Shown here in pieces: positions 37,501-49,183 of a stretch of 64,000 nt of DNA; positions within the stretch are counted from its first letter, which is position 1, and each line of letters opens with the position of its first letter. Both the position numbers and the translations under genes were made by a program. The notes beneath the pieces were generated by a model, which did no database searches, had not been told where the DNA came from, and was given only the letters and a program-made list of their open reading frames with translations. This DNA is from Vitrella brassicaformis CCMP3155 (taxonomy: Eukaryota; Protista; Chromerida): contig CDMY01000405.1 of assembly GCA_001179505.1 (NCBI GenBank), forward strand, positions 323,127 through 387,126. Direction: 5' to 3'.

Positions 37501-38016
37501 CCAGCCCCTACTGATCTGAAGGGGTCAGGTTTTCCTGCTTTTCAAGCTCGCATGATCGCGGCAAACCGTTGTTGAGTGCCTTCTTGGGGCAGAGTGGGTG
37601 ACGAGGTGCAGAGGATGGCTGTGCGACCGCGGGAGGAAAGACAGGCTGTTTTGTCCTTTGTGTTGTCGTGCGTGTGTGCAGTGCAGTGCAGTGAAGACAG
37701 TCACGAAATGCAGAAGAGTCGGAAACCTGGATGGATGGATGGATCAATCGGTCGATTGTGTCCGTGACACACACACACACTCCCTCTCCCGCTGCACTGT
37801 GGTGCGATCAGGCATCATCCATCATGCATCAGTCACAGCAGGTTGTCTCCCTCCCGTCACAGACACGCAGACACGGCGCAGACGTGCGAACGAACGCCAA
37901 TAAAACCGTTACGATGTTCTCCTCTCTCTCTGCACAACAAAGACATGGTCACTCACGGCATGCAATTGACCGACCAGCCAGCCAACGATGCTTCTCCTCT
38001 CTGCCTGATCGATCGA

Positions 38017-41000
38017 TCATGTCAGCTGCTGCTGTTGTTGCTGTATGTGCTGGAGCAGCCTCTCCTGGAGGTCGGCCTTCTTGCCGCTCAGCCGCAGCCC
38101 CATCTCTCGGCAGCACTCCTTCAGCTCGTTCACACGCATACCAGATATCATCTCCGCCGTCAGCTCAACGACACCACCACCCTCATCTCCCTCCCCCTCC
38201 CCCTCCCCCTCATCCACCTCGTCAATGTCAACAATCTCGTGCTCCACCATCTCCACCAGGTCGCGCATCGTCGTCTGGCCGCGGACGCCGCCGCCGTACC
38301 CGTCATATGCCATCCCGCCGGTGTCGTCATCCTGCGTCATGAGAAAACCTAAGAACTCCTTCCTCTCCATGTCGGACATGCTGTCGCCCTCCCCTGCCGA
38401 CGACGGCCCCGCCACGGAAAAGCTGTCCGCGCTGTCGGTGCTCCCCATCCTCTCGCGAATGAGGTTGATGAGCACCTCCCTTAGCAGCTCCTGCCTTGCG
38501 GCGCGGCCCCCCTCGGTGGGCATGTCGAAGTCGGAGAGGTAGGCGTCCAGCTCAGGATCGCTCAGGGCGGGCAGCGAGTCCAGCACCTCGATCGCCAAAC
38601 CGACGTCGTCATCATCGCCACCGTACATGCCGCCCTCACCACCACTATCATACGCACCCTCATCGTCTGTGGCCGGTGGTGCGGGCGGTGGCGGGGCCTC
38701 CTGCGTCTGCTGTCGCTGGTGGGACATCCTGAGAGCGGACCTGGCGCGGCTGAGGAAGCGACTTTTGTGTGTGGACAATGGGCTGGCCGGGAGGAGCGGT
38801 GAGGGGAGGGTAGGGAGGGATGGGGGCGAGGGGTCGTCATTGTCGTCCGTGAGAGGGGTGGGGGCGAAGATGGGCTTGTTGTCCGCTGTGTCCGGAGCGC
38901 TGCTGTCCAGCCAGTGCCTCAGCTCAGCCAAATCAGCCTCCCGCACTGAGTGTGCAGCACGACACACAAAGGAATGAGTCACACGGACGTGAAAGCGTCC
39001 ACCGGGCTCTTCCGTGTACCTGCTCCACTGTCTCCCTCCAAGTCCTCCTCGTCGATAAAGAATCTGGCCTGTCCGTCTGTCGTCGCACCCCTCCTGCTGA
39101 ACGGGGCGCTGAAGCCCATCTCATCCTCGAGCGATGCCGGGAAGGGGCTGTCGGTGGAACCACCGAACGGGGCAGGATCGACATACCTTGGCTCCTCGGA
39201 ATCATCTTCCTTCTCGGCACCTCGCACCTCTGAGCGGCAAAAGGCAAAACATTCATCCGTTCTGTTGCAGTATAGATGCGTGTGTGCCTGCCTGGACTGA
39301 CCGTATTGCGTGTCGTCCGATGAAGGTGCCGGTGGGTGAGGCTCCCAGCCGTTGACAACGGGGCCACTACTCCGTCCCGTCTGCAGTGCGCTAATATCGG
39401 TGTCTGAGCCAAAGGGGCTGCTGTCATCCCTTTCTCCCTCGCCCCCGCCCCCCAGTTCCCACTGCAGCTTGGCCTGGAAGCCGCCCCTGCCCGCGTCGAT
39501 GCGGCCGACGCCCAGCTTGCTGGCGCCGATGTTGCCTGACAGCTCGGCGTAGTGTATCGCCTCGTCCAGGTTGGTGATGGGGCGGAAGGTGCGCCAGTCG
39601 ACCACCAAACCTTCGTGCTTGCACCACTGATAAACGCACCACGGCGCGGCACACACATGTCCAGGAAGGGGGAGTGGTATGGTCAATGGTCATGTGGCTG
39701 TGCTGTGGCTCACTTGGATGTAGCTGTCATAGTGCGGGTCGGCGGTAAGCGTGCGGGGGTCCCCAAACACTACCAGACCCCTGACAAAGATGTCCACACA
39801 GAGCAGAGGAGGTTGGGTGGCCCGTGGTTCCCCTGCTACTGGTGCGCCCTGCCTGAGTGGCTGGCTGACCTTCTGGCTCGTGTGACGGCGACGTTGAGTC
39901 TCCGCCAGTCGCGCAGGAAGCCCACACTGCCGGTGGGGTTCGACCTCACGGCCGAGAACAGGATCACCTCCTTCTCGCGACCCTGGTAACCGTCAACCGA
40001 CTTCACCTGAATGCGGCCATCCATCCCCACATCAAGACATGACACACACAGCCCGTGTGCCTCTGCCCGCAGTGGTGCGTTGGTGTGTGGCGAGATAGGT
40101 GTAGGTACCTACCTCTATCAGCGCGGCTGTGTCTCTGCCCAGCTCAGTGCGGAGGGTGTCCTGCAGGAACCGCACCTGCACCAAATTGATGCAGACGTCC
40201 ATCCACACACACACATCGAGACGATGCACAGGCAGGCCGGCAGAGAGGCATGGTTGGCCAGCTTAGGGGCTGAGTTGAGGCCGTCACCTGACCTGAGCTG
40301 CGTATGGGGTGACGACGCCGATGTCAGTGTACGACACATCGCCATGCGACACCAGCTCTGGACACACACAGAGAGAGACGGAGAGAGGGAGAGAGAGAAA
40401 GATGTATGTACATCACGTGCAGGTGTGTGGTGTGGTGTGGTGTGGTGTGTGGCCCCGGGCCGCCCCCCACTGGTGCACCTTTGAGCACTTTGACGAGGCA
40501 CAGTGCCTCCTCCCGGTTGTATTTGCTGGTGGTGCTGCCGCCCCACTTGGTGGTCTCGTCAGGCCTGCTCTCAGAATAACCCGCCGGCTCCATCACCGAC
40601 ACAAACGCAACCGGCTTCACACTACACACACACACACACAAGACACACACAGACACGAGACAGATCAAGGGAGCCACATCATGATCATCGTTCCGTTGTG
40701 TGGTGCCTGCCTGCCTCACTCACTCGTCGGGCCATGGGAATCCCCCGGGTGTGGGTCTCTCCTCCGGTTTGGGTATGGAGATGAGTCGGTCGTCGTAGAA
40801 CTCAAAGGATGGGAACATGGCGATGGCGGGGTGCATGCGGTACTGGGCCGCCAGCATCACCGGAACCACACCCGCCAGCACCAAACGGGAAAACAGAGAC
40901 AAATTCAGACCCTCAGCCTTAGCCTGCAGACAGAAAGGGGTGAAAGAACAAACAGGTCTCTCTCTCTGTGTGTGTGTAGGTGGGTACCTTGTCGCTGACG

Positions 41001-41275
41001 ACGGTTGCGGGCAGTTGGTTCTGGTCGCCGACGAGAATGAGCTGCTCGCAGCCCTTGACCATCGGCACCGACGCCGCCGGCTCCGTCACCTGGGACGCCT
41101 CGTCTATCAGCACTGTCGAGAACTTGACTGGCACCCTGCAAACAACACAACACGACACACCACACAGCGGTCCCTAGAGGCGCTTGTGTGTGGAGTGAGT
41201 GGTGGGTGAGTGACCTTTGTGTGTCCCATTCGGGCACTTGGGTGGTGGATGTCAGGCCTGGCTGACCCGCACCTG

Positions 41276-41309
<34 letters not shown>

Positions 41310-41679
41310 CACGTGGCTGTCCTCTGTGTAGGCCGGCACAATGGTGTGTAGGCGTCTGGGTGGCTCACTGATGGCAGAAGTGACGACCACATCGGCTTTG
41401 GTGACGATGTCGTATATCGCCCGCTGCTCAGCCACCTTGACGTCCTCCTCTGCCAGGCGCAACAGACGGTTCGCCTCGTCCAGCTGCACACATGTACCCA
41501 CACATCGACGGCCGACCAATAGATGACACACCCAAGCAGATGCACACATGTGGTGGTGTACCTTGGCCTGGCTGGCAGCCTTGTCCTCGTCACTGGTGTC
41601 GTCCTGGTGGGCCCTGTAGAGCTGCTGCCGCCTCTGCCTGGCCTCCCTCTCATGCGCCAGCGCAGCACGGTACTGACAC

Positions 41680-41710
<31 letters not shown>

Positions 41711-44700
41711 AGTGCACCTGTGTGTGGTGGGGCGTGTGCACTGCATCTGTGGACTCACCTCTGGGTGCTGGTCGACCATAGCGTCCACAGTGTAGTTCTT
41801 GAGTGCGGGGTTGACCACGAGCGCACGGCCAGAGCGGACCGCCTTGACGCCCATCTTAATGAGGCCCTCCAGCAGGTTGTCAGCAGCCACGTTCGAGAAG
41901 GCAGCGGCAAGCACCTTCTCGATCCGAGGAGGGGGCCCCGTGGCACTTAGAGCGGCGGGGAGGTCGCCGCAGGGCTGGATGCCCTGCGCACGGGCGGCCT
42001 TCATGAGGGCTACGATGGAGCCGAGGAGCAGGCATGAGGTCCGCGTCTTGCCGGTCCCTGGGGGGCCTTGGATCAACGTCACACGCTGGGTCAGCGACTG
42101 AACGCCACACATACACACAGGGAGAGGTACACATGATGGTCATGTGTGATGTGCATCAGCCATAGCCATCCCCAACCCCTCGTCTGTGTGTGGTATCTGT
42201 GGGGAGCGTACGCGTCGGACGGCTTCTTCTTGTGACTGGTCGACCAGCCCCTGCCGCTTGGCCATGTCCAGGATGGCGTCCAGCCGCTCGGCCGAATACC
42301 ACCACCTGTTGGCAGGCTGGCTGAACCACTCGTTCCACGGGGCAGGATCGTCTCCCCGCCGGAATACCGCGTAGAAATCCGTGCTCGCATCCTCACCTGA
42401 ACGGCACACACACACGTGCTGTGTCTGTGTTCGTGTGGTGGGCGGGGTGGTGGGTATGCTGGCGAGTGCACTTACCGACTCCCATTTTGTGTTTGATGAC
42501 GGTTTGGATGAAGCTGTAGACGAGTGCGTCGCGGAGGTCGGGGGCCATCTTGTCGCTCACGTTGGGCGCCGTCAGCTCCGCCAGCGCCGTGATCATCCGG
42601 TCGTGAGAGACGCGGTTCTCGAACATGTCGAGCCGCCATGACACCGTCCTGTTGTTGTTGTTGTTGTTGTCGTCAATGTCCTCCTGTCCTTGTGTATCAT
42701 CATCCTGGCCGAGCTCATCTTCCTCGACTGTGTCTGCAGTGTCTGCGTCGGCAGGTCTGAAGAGTTTCCTCTCCGCCGGGTCTTGGTCGTCTGGATCCTG
42801 CTGCTGCTGCTGCTTGTTGGGGATGCGGTTCTTCTTCCAGAGCTCTGGGGGCAGGTCCATCACAGCCTGAAAGAGGAGAGAGAAAGATGTCGGTGGTCGG
42901 TGAGTGAGTGGGCGATAGATCGGTGGCGCCCGCCTCCTTACGATGTCGATGTACTTGGGGTGCTTCTCGTGCACGACGCCCTCGTAACGGTCCATCCTGC
43001 AGCGCAGCCACAAGGACACAGACACACCGCACATCCATGCAGCTCTCGGCCATCGATCCAGCTGCTTGCTTACGCGTCTAGAGGGTTCTGCTCGCCCAGT
43101 GTGAGAGTCACGGCATCCCCCCTGCTGAACTGGTGGAAGGGCAGATAAGGCCGCCGATACACCAACCTCGACTCAACCTGCTGACCGTCACCCTCCTCGC
43201 CATCAACATCACCATCCTTATCGCCGCCGGCGTCAGTGCTGTTCCTCCTGACGGTCTCAATGGGCAGCTGCAGCCTCACGATTTTTTCCTTGAGAATGCG
43301 ATGTGTGTGTTTGGCCTCCAGGCCCCTGATGAGGATGCCCTCCGACTCCAGCCGGGCGTTGGTCCAGTTGCGCAGCCGCTCCACCGCCATCTCGTCCTTG
43401 ACCAGCACCTCCTCTTCAAGCAGAGACGAGAAGTGGTCGGAATAATCCACCAGATGCGGGTAAGCCGCGGGATCCACGCCCTCGACTGAGTGGGCCCGCT
43501 GCGCACACACACACACGCGCACAGACACACGTGTGTCAGCCACCTTTGCTCATCTGTATCTGTTGTGTGTGTGTGGTGGCTGACCATCCAGAAGGTGGTG
43601 TTAGTGTCCTGGAGCATGTTTGGAACATTGCCTTTGATGCGCTCGAGTCCGCTCTCCCTGGCGAGGACGTCGCTGAGGGCGGCGAACCGCCGCTCCCACT
43701 GGGCCGAGCTGAGACCCATCTCCTTGCGACGCTTCTGCCGAAGCTCCTGCCACCGATCCCTGATCGAACAATCAAACACACACTTGGTGCATTCATTCAT
43801 CAGGTCAGGTCGTCTACTTGTTTCCCACTCGTCCGTCCACGCTCACCAGGCTTCCATTTCGAGAAGTTCGCTCTTCTTTGCGTCTTCGAGCGCCTGCACG
43901 TCGATGCGATTGAAATCTGAGCCCTTTTTGAACTGGCTCATGACTGCCTGCAGGTAGGTCTGCGGCCTGGCCTCCCGGGGAGCGCTCCTGTCCCTCTTGG
44001 ACTTAGACTTCCGCCGCCAGCCGTACTTGGACTCGAGGATCTCCTCTCCCCGCCGGCCCCACCGCCGATCCAGGCGAACCTGTACCATACAAGCGCATGG
44101 ATGCACTCAATGCGGGTGTCTTCGTGCTGTGTGTCTAGCATCCATGTACCTGTTCCCACTTGGTGTGGTTCCTCTCCATCTCAAAGTACTTCTCCAGCCG
44201 CCGCCGCTCCCTCTCAAAGGCGCGCCGCTCGTCTGGCGACACATCATCCACCTCTGGCTCATAGTCACTCATGGCACGGTCAACGGGGTCAGTCAACAAC
44301 CTCTCACGATCTGCACACACAGCCAGACAGCCAGACAGCCAGACAGCCACAACAATACGACTTGATGCGCCGGGCTGTGCTGGACGTGGCCTCGGTCACT
44401 CACCTTCTGGTGTGATGGTTTCGAGGAGTGCGTCGCGTTGCCTCTGTCTGAACTCCCTCTTGTCGCGCCGCCTCCTGTCCAGCATGGCGGCGTGCTCCTC
44501 CTCCAGCCTGGGCAGGATCGACGATGCTGACCCAACACGCACACGCACACGACGGGACGCTGGCTGCCGATGCCGCACAGACACAGACGCAGGCACAGAC
44601 AGAGATGAAGGCGACAAAGGGCCTGACACACACAGAGAGGGGCAATGAGTGGCAATCAGGCCAGCGCGTCACCGATGGATGGATCAATCAAGGATCTTCG

Positions 44701-44853
44701 TCAACACACACCTCACCTACCGGGCAGCACAGGTGACCCAGTAAAGCCGCTCCTCCTCAGCAACAGCCGATGAGCGTCCGCAACTCGCGCAAAGATGGCA
44801 AACACGGCAAGCGAGATGAGGTTGACCAGAGCGGTTCTCCGCCACCGCCACAT
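38017..44853 (-). CDS. UPF1/SMUBP2-like superfamily 1 helicase with a C-terminal SAP domain and an N-terminal signal + transit-like leader, multi-exon
   Basis: Helicase motifs: [69 protein letters not shown] and [11 protein letters not shown]. The C-terminus [28 protein letters not shown] is a SAP domain. Confidence 0.88.
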
Positions 44854-45134
44854 CGCCAGGGACCGACGGCGATGTGAATGCAGCTTCTTCATTGACAGAT
44901 GAGGGTGACTCCACGCCTGCTTGGGTCGAATCGGTAGATCGCGGCATTGGCAGGGTGGGGGAGGGATGCAGGAGTGCGTTGGCATTGGAAACGGGGCAAA
45001 GAGGTAAGTTGGAGGTTCAGCTTAGCTCGCAGACGAAAAGGAACTGTTTCTTGGCGAGAATTCGCGACGAGACGTGAGTTTTTTTTTTCCTTCGCTGTCG
45101 CATCTCATTCCCGCTGCGTGGCTTGCTAGGGAAG

Positions 45135-45350
45135 GAGGCAGCTGAAGTGTTGAAGCTGAAGTGCGGTGTCACTTGAGTGCCGCTCCGCCGATGGAGTTCT
45201 AGAACTCAAAGAAACGACTGTCAGCCCATATATCAGTCGTGGACCACTGGTCCGCCGTCACGAGGCAGCTCTGAAGTGTTGATTGGGAGGCAGTGTCACG
45301 TGAGGTGACCTACGGTGTCCCTCCGATGGAGTTTCAGACGCCTCAAGGGA
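45135..45350 (+). repeat. Degenerate tandem duplication of a roughly 80-90 nt unit at the 5' end of the disrupted gene
   Basis: Copy 1: GAGGCAGCTGAAGTGTTGA...GTGTCACTTGAG...CCGCCGATGGAGTTCTAGAACTCAAAG. Copy 2: GAGGCAGCTCTGAAGTGTTGA...GTGTCACGTGAG...CCTCCGATGGAGTTTCAGACGCCTCAAGG. Confidence 0.6.
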
Positions 45351-46986
45351 CGCCGCAGAGGCCGCCCCGAGGTGGTGGCTTGACCCTCCAGGTGAGCATC
45401 CCATGCATGCCGCGCACGCACGCGATGTGTACCATCTGTGCCTCATGCAGGGATGATCCAGATTCTGTCCCAGGCTCCCAGCTGCCGTCCCCCCCCGCCA
45501 CCCGGTGCTCGAGATTACCCGAACCCTGGGCCAGAACTCAACCTCACACACGGTGGGCGAGGCGCATGCACACAACCTCCATGCACACATACATACCAGC
45601 CTGTCTGTGTCTGTGTGTGTGTTTGGTGCGATGCGGTTCGGTGTTGCCTGGTGTGCGCATTCACTGAACTCAGACTCGATAGAATCCCTCAAGCCTTAAG
45701 GCCATCTGCCGTGCGTCGCTGCAAGACCATGTGATTCGTGACGCCCATATCGTGTTGCTCGACGGGTACAGGAGGGAGTATTCGCTGTGGTTCCAGGAGC
45801 AGCGCCTCAAGGAGGGCGGCTCACTCAAGGAGGGCGGCTGGTACGACCTGTCATGTGGCTTCAAGGCCACCAACATGGTCCTGGGGCGCATGGCGGTGCC
45901 CAACCCGGGCTTCCACGTCGAGGGCAGGGGGCATGACCCGGCGGACCACATGCGGGGGCCGGTGGCCGTGGGCGACTGCTCCGACTACCTGAATAGGGAG
46001 ACCGACTTCCACGTCATCCGCCTGGATGAGGTATGTCTGTGAGCAGGGCAGGCAGGCGGGCAGGCAGACAGGTGTTTGAATGAACCCACCCACCATGTGC
46101 CTTGTGTTGTGCTGTGCTGTGCTGTGCTGTGTGTCAGGTACACGGTGACACGCTGGAGCAGCGCCTCGTTCACCTCTCGCGCCTCCCGTCCTCGCAGTTT
46201 GACGACCTCATCCTCAGCGTGGAGGCCGACCTAAACAAGACGGGACGGCCCCTCGACAAAACGACGCACATCATCTCGACGAAGCACCTGGGGGAGGGGC
46301 TCTTCGTCAATATGGACTCAATAGTGTCCGAGGCCGAGGAGACGCGACTGACGCTGACGGAGGGCATCACACATCGCATCCGCAGCGAGGAGGACGGCCG
46401 CAGGCTGAAGATGCACGGCTACCACAACTTCGGATACACACATACATGGCTCCTCTCTTTTGTGGGTGCGTGCGAGCGTTTCATTCATTCAGGTGTTGCC
46501 GATGAGGAGTTGGCCGGTGGCGCATATACACATCGGTGAAGAAGCTGCGAATGCTGTTCTCACCTCCCCCACATATCAAGGACAAGGGTGAGGAGGGCGA
46601 CGGTGAGGCCCCCAGCCAGCCATGCCCGCCAGCCAAGAAGGTCCCCAAGGCCCCCACCACCCACAAGAAGACCACCAAGGCCACCAAAGCCACCAAGCCC
46701 AACCACACAGCCCGACCGGTCGGTCCTCATACACCTGGTTGTCGATGACTGGTTGGTTGGTTACTCATTCAGGTCGCGTCTCAGGGCCAAGAGGAAGAAC
46801 AAGAGGAAGGCCGCCGAGGGAGTCGAAGGAGAGCGCCAGGAGCCCACCCCGCCGGCCAAGCGGTCACGCCTGCTGCAGGAGCTGGCCGACACAGAGAGCT
46901 GGCAGGTCAAGAAGGGGCGCATCGACTTTGATGGCGGATACCCACTCCGCCGCACCAGAGTGCGCGTCGCACGCCGACGCAACTGA
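45191..46986 (+). pseudogene. Disrupted hypothetical gene of unknown family
   Basis: Coding-like exons LKAICRASLQDHV...FHVIRLDE|VHGDTLEQRL...HGYHNF, a Lys/Thr/Pro-rich exon and an RKNKRK NLS-like exon. These are interrupted by stops or frame breaks near 45680-45700 and 46514, and one intron-like stretch begins GA instead of GT near 46433. No family was recognised. Confidence 0.45.
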
Positions 46987-49183
46987 CACACATCCCCCAC
47001 ACAAGTGCTGCGGGTGCCTGCGGGGCCAGGAGGAGAACTGACGAGATAGACAGACAAGAGAGAGAGAGCAGGGGGCGAGCTAGAGTAGCGGCACGCTGCT
47101 CACCATAGCGTTGCTGATGTGCTGTGTTTTCTTTCGTCTGGCCTCTGTTTGCTGAACAGCGGATCGTCTCTACCAACCGCAGCCACTTTCACGGCACCAC
47201 CCACCGGTGTCTATCACACCGACCTGACTGCCCCAGCGGTGGATGGATGGATGCTGTGGGCCCCTCTGCATGCAGCATCTATACATCAATCGCTGTCTAC
47301 GTTTTATATCCTGATGTTCCTGTGCCACCCTTGCGCATGTTAAGGCTGTGGAGGGAAATTGACACGCCTTTCTGTACGCCTCCACTCCAGCTGGGTCATC
47401 CTACTTACTGCTTGCACGCCTGTCTGTGCGTTGCGTGGGTGGCAGCTTGGTTGTTGAACTGGGACAGATTCAATGAATGTCCATTCATCGGCTGATTAAG
47501 TGAGTGAAGGCATCCAAACTTAGAACATTGAATGTGTAACAAATACACGTACCGGTCAGTCAGTCAACCACACACGCGCAAGAGGCAGGCAGGCAGGCAT
47601 CACGCAATACGCTGTCATCAGGGGGAGGGAGGGAGGGAGGGAGGGAGGAAGCGCTATTAATAACACTTAGTGATTGACCGAGAGAGACCTCTCCCTCCCT
47701 TTGGCTCATGGATGCACCCCAGTCAGTCAGTTATTCAAAAACCCACCACAGACACACACAGGGCGCATCGAAAATCGATTGAGGACCCCACTGCAGGCCA
47801 GGCAGGCAGCCAGGCTGATTGATGCGATGCGAGGATTTAGATAGATCATCCATCGTCAGTCAGTCAGTCAGTCAAAGCAGGTAAGCCAGCCCACACCACG
47901 AGGAAGGAAAAGCAAAGCATGCATGAAAAATCCACTCACAAAACACATGCAGCCAGCCCCACAGCCCTCAGTAAGCAGCCTGCCTGCCTGCCTGCCTGCC
48001 TGAGTGCACGATTTCGTGACACTCATCTCTCATCCCTCACCCCCTGTTGATTGACGCATTCACTCACACTGGACCTGTCTTGAAATGTAAAAAACACTTG
48101 CCGGCCGGCCGGCCGGCCGCATCACAGGCAGGTGGGCACGGCACCGCACGGCACCGCACGGCAGAGGTAGATGAAGGGTGTGGTGTGGGTGAAGCTCAAG
48201 GGGGCTGTCTGTCTGCACACTGATTGAAATGAATGGTCTGTCTGGGCTTCGGTGGGTGGGGGGATAGATAGTACGTGACTGGCTCCTTTTGGGAGACGCA
48301 TCTAGAGTCGTACACAAGATACAGACGCGAAGGCAGCCCACCCAACAAGCACAGTCAGTGGTCGGCTGCCTGTCTCTCTCTCTCTCTGTCTGTCTGTCTG
48401 TCTGTCTCTGTCCGTCTGTAGGGCGAGATGGCCACTCGCTCACCCATCAGTCAGTCTCGGTGGACCGCTACACCCATCGGATGATTCACATTCCCCTGTG
48501 CTCCCCCCGTGCCACCCATCCATCGCCCACACATGGTTGCATCACCATGCAAGCAAGGAGTGAGTGACACACGGTCACTACAGGAGTTTGCTACCCACGC
48601 AGATGCATAAAGCCCACCCAACATCACATCCATCCACACTCGCCGGCCAATGCCCACCATATATCGTCTGTCGTATCGCTTTACCACACGACTTCTCGGC
48701 TTCCTTGTCGTCGCTTTGACGCCTGACACGCAGGGCTGCAGCAACTCGCTTCGCTACCGAGTTGCTGAATGCCTGGCCGACAGGCATCGCAGCGCCGACA
48801 AGGTGGGAGAATCGCATTCATCAGCAACAGACCCAAACAACGCACACAGCTAAAGCCTGGCTGTCCCCTATTGACGCCCATCGATCGACACATCCACCAT
48901 CCATCCATCCCTCCATCCATCCGTCGCACATGTGCACACACCAACACACGCCACACGCCACACAGACGTAAAACCGCACCACCGACAGACACACCACCGA
49001 CACGACACGCGAAGGAAGCGCCACGCCCCAGGGGGCAAAATCTCCGCTCACTCACATCAGTGGGTGAGCGGGGGAGTCAATGAAAGGAGCTGGCCGGTCG
49101 GCCATTCCCATTGCCGTCCATCACATCAATCCTTCATGGGCAGCTAGCCATCATGGCCACCCGTCATTCATGAATGGATATCG

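Noticed and set aside
8780-47560. Recurrent TACACGTAC/CACGTA motif in intergenic regions (about 8790, 23465, 27340, 47545)
   Set aside because: It may be an end-of-gene or E-box-like signal, but it is easily generated from (CA)n/(TA) repeats, and I cannot test enrichment by eye.
48742-48765. Hairpin as a structured ncRNA
   Set aside because: It has only a 7-bp stem, with no recognisable snRNA, snoRNA or tRNA features.
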